Source of the DNA: Gammaproteobacteria bacterium
Lineage (GTDB): Bacteria; Pseudomonadota; Gammaproteobacteria; HyVt-429
DNA length: 53,489 nt
Direction of reading: 5' to 3'
NCBI GenBank assembly: GCA_022340345.1
Contig: JAJDOE010000103.1
Coordinates: forward strand, 1 to 53,489
The position numbers and the translations under genes were made by a program. The notes under the pieces are model-generated. The model saw only the letters and a list, made by a program, of their open reading frames with translations. It was not told the DNA's origin and ran no database searches. Below are positions 48,500-53,489 of this stretch, in pieces. Every line of letters begins with the position of its first letter. Within the stretch, counting starts at the first letter, position 1.

Positions 48500-51400
48500 G
48501 TGAACAAGGTGGACACCAGTACTCTCCGATGGGTGAAGTCGGAGATTGACAACACGCTTACGCAGGCCGAGCGTGCGCTGGATTCGTTCGCCGAAAACGT
48601 CGGGGATACCACCCAGCTTCGATTCTGCATCAGCCACCTGCACCAGGTGGTTGGCACGCTGCAAATGGTGGAGCTCGATGGCGCCGCCCTGTTGGGATCC
48701 GAGGCCGAGGCACTGGCGGACGCCATGCTGGAGGATCCACGGCGCGCCAACCAGGCCAATCTGGATTTGCTCAAGCAGGGGCTGGACGGGTTATCCGCGT
48801 ACCTGGAACGCCTGCTCAGTGGCTATCCCGACACCCCGCTGAAACTCATCGGCCGGCTGAATGAGCTGCGCACGGCACGGGATGCGGATCCGATTCCGGA
48901 ACTTTCCCTGTTTCGACCGGACCTCACGGTCCATCCACCCAGCCGGGGTAGCGCCCGCATCGATCCCCGTGACGCCCAGATCGGCAAGCTGCGTGCCGCC
49001 TATCTGGTGGCGTTGCTGGCGTACCTGCGGGACAACACCAACCAAGATGCCTTGCAGCGCCTTGGCGAAGTGCTGGATGAGCTGCAACAGGTGTCCAGGT
49101 TCGGCAGCGTTGCGCAACTTTGGTGGGTCGCGGCGGGTTTTGTAGAGGCCCTTTCCGATGGTTCCCTGAGTCCCAGCGCGGAGCGTAACCAGATGCTGGT
49201 TCGCGCCGATTGGCAGATCAAGAAATGGCTTGATGACGGCGAAGAAGCGTTACTGCGCGAGCCAGCGGACGAACTGGTTTCGGCCATGCTCTACGAGATG
49301 GGCAAGGCCCATGGTTTCGGGCGCCGGGTAACCGAGTTGCGGCAGGCCTTTGACATCGATGCCTTTCTCGGAGACGGGGACGACGACGTATTTTCCGTCG
49401 CCGGCCCGCCGGAGCCGGTTGTGGAGGCGGTCCGCCAGCGCCTGCGGGCGACCCTGGAGGAAGCACGCCAGTGCCTGGACGCTTTTTTCGAGCAGGCTGG
49501 TGAGGGCGATTCCCTGCAACCGCTGGCAGAACGTTTTCGCGAGGCGGCCGGGGAACTGGCGGACATGGAAGCCGTCGCATTCCGTACCGTGGTGGAGCAA
49601 CTGGCGGTCTCGCTCGCGGAACTCGCCGACGGCCGGATCGAGGATCGCGACGAGGCTTCCATGCGCATGGCCAGTGCATTGTTGTTCCTGGAAAGCGCCA
49701 TTGATCGCATTGGTGAAGCGGAAGAACGCGACCTGGATCAGGCGCGGGTCGCCGCCGGCGCCCTGCGCGGGCTTTCCGGGGCGGAAACCGACGACGGCGT
49801 CGGCATCCACGTAACTGACACCGTCCTCAGCGACTCCGAGTTTCGCCAGATTCTGGATGCCGTGGCGGGCGAGATCCAGTCCAACTTGCGGCGCGTAGAG
49901 GCGGGATTGACCGAATTTGCCGACAACCGCCTCAAGCCCCGGCACCTGGAAGGCATTCCCGCCGCCCTGAGCCAGATCGAAGGGGCGCTGCAGATTCTTT
50001 CCCAGCAACGGGCGGCGGAACTGGTGGAACTCACCCGGCGACAGGTAAGCGCTCTGGGCGAAGGTCGGTTGCGCGCCACCGACACGGTGGTGGACGCGCT
50101 GGCGGTGGCGTGCGGCAGCATCGAGGCCTACGTGGACGGACTCAATGCGGGGCGCTCGCACCTGGGAGAAATCGTTAGCCGCGCCATGGACGACCTGCAA
50201 ATCGCCATTTACGACCCTGCGGCGGCGCAGCAGAGCCTCGCTGGGCTCGCGGATCAGGTGTACGCGGATTTTGAAAAATTCAGCGACGAACCACATCGGC
50301 GGGAAAACCTGCTGAATCTTCGCCAGCACCTGCGCGATGTGAAGTCGCGCGCGGCGCATGCCGGCGAGGAACGCATCCAGCGGCTTGCCGGTGAACTCAT
50401 GAAGCTGCTCGATGTTGTGCTGGAGGACCCGGGGTTCCGGGTCGATACCATTTCGGCCACCCTGGGCCGCGGCTTCACCAGCCTGCGCACCCTGTGCGAG
50501 CCGTTCGCGGATGATGCCGACGACGAAAGCGACTGGCTGCCGCCGGACGTGGGTCAGGGCGAGGAACTGGAGATCGAGATCGGCGCGCCCGAGGCCGTGA
50601 CGCCACAGGACCGAAGCGAGCCGGACCTGGAGATTTCGCTGGATGCCCTGGCGGAGGAAGCGCTTACATCGGCGATGGACGATCCCGGCGGGGAAGCGGA
50701 TCGGGAAGACCTTTCGCCGGAGGAGCCGGCGGACGATTACCGCGATCCGATCGGGTCCGGCGAGAAGCCAGGACCGGAACTGGAGATCTTCACCCCGGAG
50801 CAAGAGGCGGGTGGTCTCGGCGAGCAGGCGCTGCCCCACGACAGCGCTGAAGCGGACCTCGAGATCTCACTCAACTCGACGGGACCGGGCGCGCCCGCGG
50901 AGCCGCCCCTGCTCACGGAAAGCGTCGAGCCGCCGCCGGAGTCCGAGGATGAGGATTTATGGGACCCGGCGGACCTGGCCCGTGGTCGCGAAGAATTACC
51001 GGATGGCGAGGCGCAAAAAAACCAGTTTTTCGCCACCGGGCTGGACCCGGAGATCGGCGAGATCTTTCTCGAGGAACTGGGCGAGTTGCTGGCGATCATC
51101 GAACAGGAGGTGTCCGCCTGGCGTGATGATCCCGCCCGGGACCTGGCGAGCCTGCGGCGTTGCTTCCATACCCTGAAGGGTAGCGGTCGCCTGGCAGGCG
51201 CAGCAGATATCGGCGAGCTGGGCTGGATCGTGGAGGAAGTGCTCAATCACGCCATCGCCGGGGCGGCGTCAGCCACGGTTCCGATGCGCGATTTTGTTGA
51301 GCATGCGGCCACCACCATCCGTGAGTTGATGGAATCCGAGCGTGCATTCGCCACCGAGGTGGTGAATCTGGAGGAATTCCGGCAGCAGGCGGCGGCGCTG

Positions 51401-53489
51401 ATGGAGACCGATGCGCCGGCCGCGCAAACCGCCGAACCCCGCGATGCACTGTTGGAAGTGTTTCGTGGTGAAGTGGCCAGCCACGTCGGCGCGTTGCGCA
51501 AGCAGATGGAGCGACTGCCGTCGTCCTGGAATGCCGGGTCGGAACTCATCCGCGGCCTGCATACGCTGGCCGGCAACGCCGGGGCACTGCAACTGGGTGC
51601 CATGAGCAACGCCTGCCTGGTGCTGGAACGCTGGTACGAGGACCGTGCCAAGGCGGGCCAGTTTCTCGGAGCGGAAGAACGCCATTGGCTTAGCCAGGTG
51701 CTGGACACGGTGGATGAACTGATGGCCGGCAGGGTTGTGCGCGGCGAGTTGGCGCCACAGCTGGCGGAACGATTCGCGAGCGTGCATCGGGCGGTGGCCG
51801 CGCGCCGCGAGACCATGGAATCGAAAACCGCGCCACCCGCGTCGGTGTCCTGGGCGGAGGAGGAAGCCACGCCAGATACGGGGGACGGGCCGGAGTCCGC
51901 GGGGGAAGCCACGGCAGATGCGAAGGACGAGTCGGAGTCCGCGGGGGAAGCCACGGCAGATGCGAAGGACGAGTCAGAGTCCGCGGAGGAAGCCTCGCCA
52001 GATACGGGGGACGGGCCGGAGTCCGCGGGGGAAGCCGAGCCGACGGATGTGGAGCAAACCCGGCCAGCGGCACCGGTGGTGCCCGCGTATTTCGTGGAAG
52101 AGGTGCGCGACATCCTTTCCGATTTCGGCCGCCACCTGGAAAGCTGGCGGGCGCGGCCAGCGGACACCACCAATCGCGATGGCGTCATGCGCGCCCTGCA
52201 CACCCTCAAGGGCAGCGCCCGCATGCTGGAGATGGACACGCTCGGCGACCTGAGTCATGCCGCCGAAACCCTGCTCGAGTCGGTGCCGGGCGGTGGCAGC
52301 GCGGAACTTTCCAGCCTGCTTGACGAGGTGCACGACGAGTTGCTGGCGGAACTGCAGGCGCTGCAGCAGGGCCGTTTTTCCGACGGCGTTGGCCCGCTGC
52401 TCGAGCGCCTCGGCGCACTGGTGGACGACCCGTCGCCACTGATGCCGGCGCCGGAGATCGAGACCGAGCAAGACCTTGAAACCGCCAAACCGGCGAAACC
52501 CGCCACTGCACCGGTGCAGGAGGCGGCCACCGCGGAAACGCCACATCGTGATGCACTTCGCGTCAGCGCCGAGACACTGGACGACCTGTCCAACTTCGCG
52601 GGTGAGGTCAGTATTGCGCGCTCGGCGATCCAGCAGCAGGTTGGCGGTTTCCGACAGAACCTGGGCGAACTGCGCAGCAGTGTTGCGCGCTTTCGCAACC
52701 AGTTGCGGGAACTGGAGATGCAGGCAGAGATCCAGATCGTTGCTCGCCCGGAAGGCCCCTCGAGCCCGGCGCGGGAGGATTTCGATCCGCTCGAGCTGGA
52801 CCGGTTCTCCCGCCTGCAGCAGCTATCGCGCAGTATCTCCGAGAGTGTGAACGACCTGGAGACGATTCAGTCCGGCATGGACCAGATTGTCGGTACGGTC
52901 GAGGGCAAACTGGCCGAACAGGCACGCCTCGGCCGGGAACTGCAGGAAGGCCTGATGCGCACGCGCATGGTCAGCTTCGCAACTTCGATTCCGCGGTTGC
53001 GCATGCTGGTTCGGCAAGCGGCGCGCACCCTGGGCCGGCAGGCCGAACTGGTTACCAGTGGTACGGATGTGGAGATGGATCGCAACGTGCTTGACCGCAT
53101 GATGGGTCCGTTGGAACACATGATTCGTAACGCGGTAGACCACGGTATCGAGGATGCCGAGACCCGGCATCGCCTGGGCAAGCCGGTCTCCGGCGTGGTG
53201 CGTATCGAATGCGAACAGCAGGGCAACGAGATCATCGTCCACCTCAGCGACGACGGTCGGGGCCTGGCAATCGACCGAATTCGCGAGCGCGCCGAAGAGC
53301 AGGAGATGGTTCGTCCGGGCGATGAACTATCCGACGAGCAACTGGGGCAACTGATCATGTTGCCCGGATTCTCCACCGCCGCCGAGGTCACCCAGTTGTC
53401 CGGGCGCGGAGTGGGGCTGGACGTGGTTGCCAACGAAGTGCGACAGCTCGGCGGGCACATCAGTCTGAATACCACGATCGGAAAAGGCA
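48500..53489 (+). CDS. chpA: ChpA/PilL chemosensory histidine kinase, truncated by the window edge
   Basis: Manual translation from GTG 48500 gives (M)NKVDTSTLRWVKSEID. Hpt motifs FHTLKGSG, LHTLAGNA and LHTLKGSA; kinase-region motifs FDPLELDRF, PLEHMIRNAVDHGIE, DDGRG and SGRGVGLDVV. Confidence 0.95.
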   Translation, partial: MNKVDTSTLRWVKSEIDNTLTQAERALDSFAENVGDTTQLRFCISHLHQVVGTLQMVELDGAALLGSEAEALADAMLEDPRRANQANLDLLKQGLDGLSAYLERLLSGYPDTPLKLIGRLNELRTARDADPIPELSLFRPDLTVHPPSRGSARIDPRDAQIGKLRAAYLVALLAYLRDNTNQDALQRLGEVLDELQQVSRFGSVAQLWWVAAGFVEALSDGSLSPSAERNQMLVRADWQIKKWLDDGEEALLREPADELVSAMLYEMGKAHGFGRRVTELRQAFDIDAFLGDGDDDVFSVAGPPEPVVEAVRQRLRATLEEARQCLDAFFEQAGEGDSLQPLAERFREAAGELADMEAVAFRTVVEQLAVSLAELADGRIEDRDEASMRMASALLFLESAIDRIGEAEERDLDQARVAAGALRGLSGAETDDGVGIHVTDTVLSDSEFRQILDAVAGEIQSNLRRVEAGLTEFADNRLKPRHLEGIPAALSQIEGALQILSQQRAAELVELTRRQVSALGEGRLRATDTVVDALAVACGSIEAYVDGLNAGRSHLGEIVSRAMDDLQIAIYDPAAAQQSLAGLADQVYADFEKFSDEPHRRENLLNLRQHLRDVKSRAAHAGEERIQRLAGELMKLLDVVLEDPGFRVDTISATLGRGFTSLRTLCEPFADDADDESDWLPPDVGQGEELEIEIGAPEAVTPQDRSEPDLEISLDALAEEALTSAMDDPGGEADREDLSPEEPADDYRDPIGSGEKPGPELEIFTPEQEAGGLGEQALPHDSAEADLEISLNSTGPGAPAEPPLLTESVEPPPESEDEDLWDPADLARGREELPDGEAQKNQFFATGLDPEIGEIFLEELGELLAIIEQEVSAWRDDPARDLASLRRCFHTLKGSGRLAGAADIGELGWIVEEVLNHAIAGAASATVPMRDFVEHAATTIRELMESERAFATEVVNLEEFRQQAAALMETDAPAAQTAEPRDALLEVFRGEVASHVGALRKQMERLPSSWNAGSELIRGLHTLAGNAGALQLGAMSNACLVLERWYEDRAKAGQFLGAEERHWLSQVLDTVDELMAGRVVRGELAPQLAERFASVHRAVAARRETMESKTAPPASVSWAEEEATPDTGDGPESAGEATADAKDESESAGEATADAKDESESAEEASPDTGDGPESAGEAEPTDVEQTRPAAPVVPAYFVEEVRDILSDFGRHLESWRARPADTTNRDGVMRALHTLKGSARMLEMDTLGDLSHAAETLLESVPGGGSAELSSLLDEVHDELLAELQALQQGRFSDGVGPLLERLGALVDDPSPLMPAPEIETEQDLETAKPAKPATAPVQEAATAETPHRDALRVSAETLDDLSNFAGEVSIARSAIQQQVGGFRQNLGELRSSVARFRNQLRELEMQAEIQIVARPEGPSSPAREDFDPLELDRFSRLQQLSRSISESVNDLETIQSGMDQIVGTVEGKLAEQARLGRELQEGLMRTRMVSFATSIPRLRMLVRQAARTLGRQAELVTSGTDVEMDRNVLDRMMGPLEHMIRNAVDHGIEDAETRHRLGKPVSGVVRIECEQQGNEIIVHLSDDGRGLAIDRIRERAEEQEMVRPGDELSDEQLGQLIMLPGFSTAAEVTQLSGRGVGLDVVANEVRQLGGHISLNTTIGKG
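51863..52036 (+). repeat. In-frame tandem repeat, 4 x 42 bp (14 aa), in a ChpA linker
   Basis: Units EATPDTGDGPESAG / EATADAKDESESAG / EATADAKDESESAE / EASPDTGDGPESAG. Confidence 0.92.

Noticed and set aside
49250-50839. 529-aa minus-strand ORF and other ORFs beyond 48.5 kb
   Set aside because: All overlap the chpA reading frame, which is missing from the ORF track only because it has no stop inside the window.

Overview
This is a GC-rich gammaproteobacterial chromosome segment made up mostly of conserved core genes. In order: a partial TauE/SafE gene, an RND permease and MFP, tRNA-Ile2(CAU), rpoD-dnaG-yqeY-rpsU, tsaD-folB-folK, folM, a MidA-type methyltransferase, uppP, cca, pyrE, xth-ampG, metXW, yggS-proC-yggT-yggU, pilT-pilU, gshA-gshB-tonB-algH-ruvX-pyrR-pyrB-pyrC', and pilG-pilH-pilI-pilJ-chpA (chpA runs off the window). 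Less ordinary content sits between these genes: (i) a self-contained module between rpoD and the tRNA (TetR, AurF-like diiron protein, cysteine-less HMA-fold protein) with two visible palindromic operators; (ii) a dynamin-like GTPase between yggU and metX; (iii) a five-gene block between pilU and pyrC', including a proteasome-beta/BPH-like protein with Ser rather than Thr at position 1; (iv) a lipoprotein peptidase head-to-head with cca, 10 bp apart; (v) REP-like palindromic repeats, one of which supplies the cca stop codon. I found no integrase, transposase, CRISPR array or rRNA. All calls come from motif recognition and remembered synteny, without database searches, so none of the novelty claims is verified.
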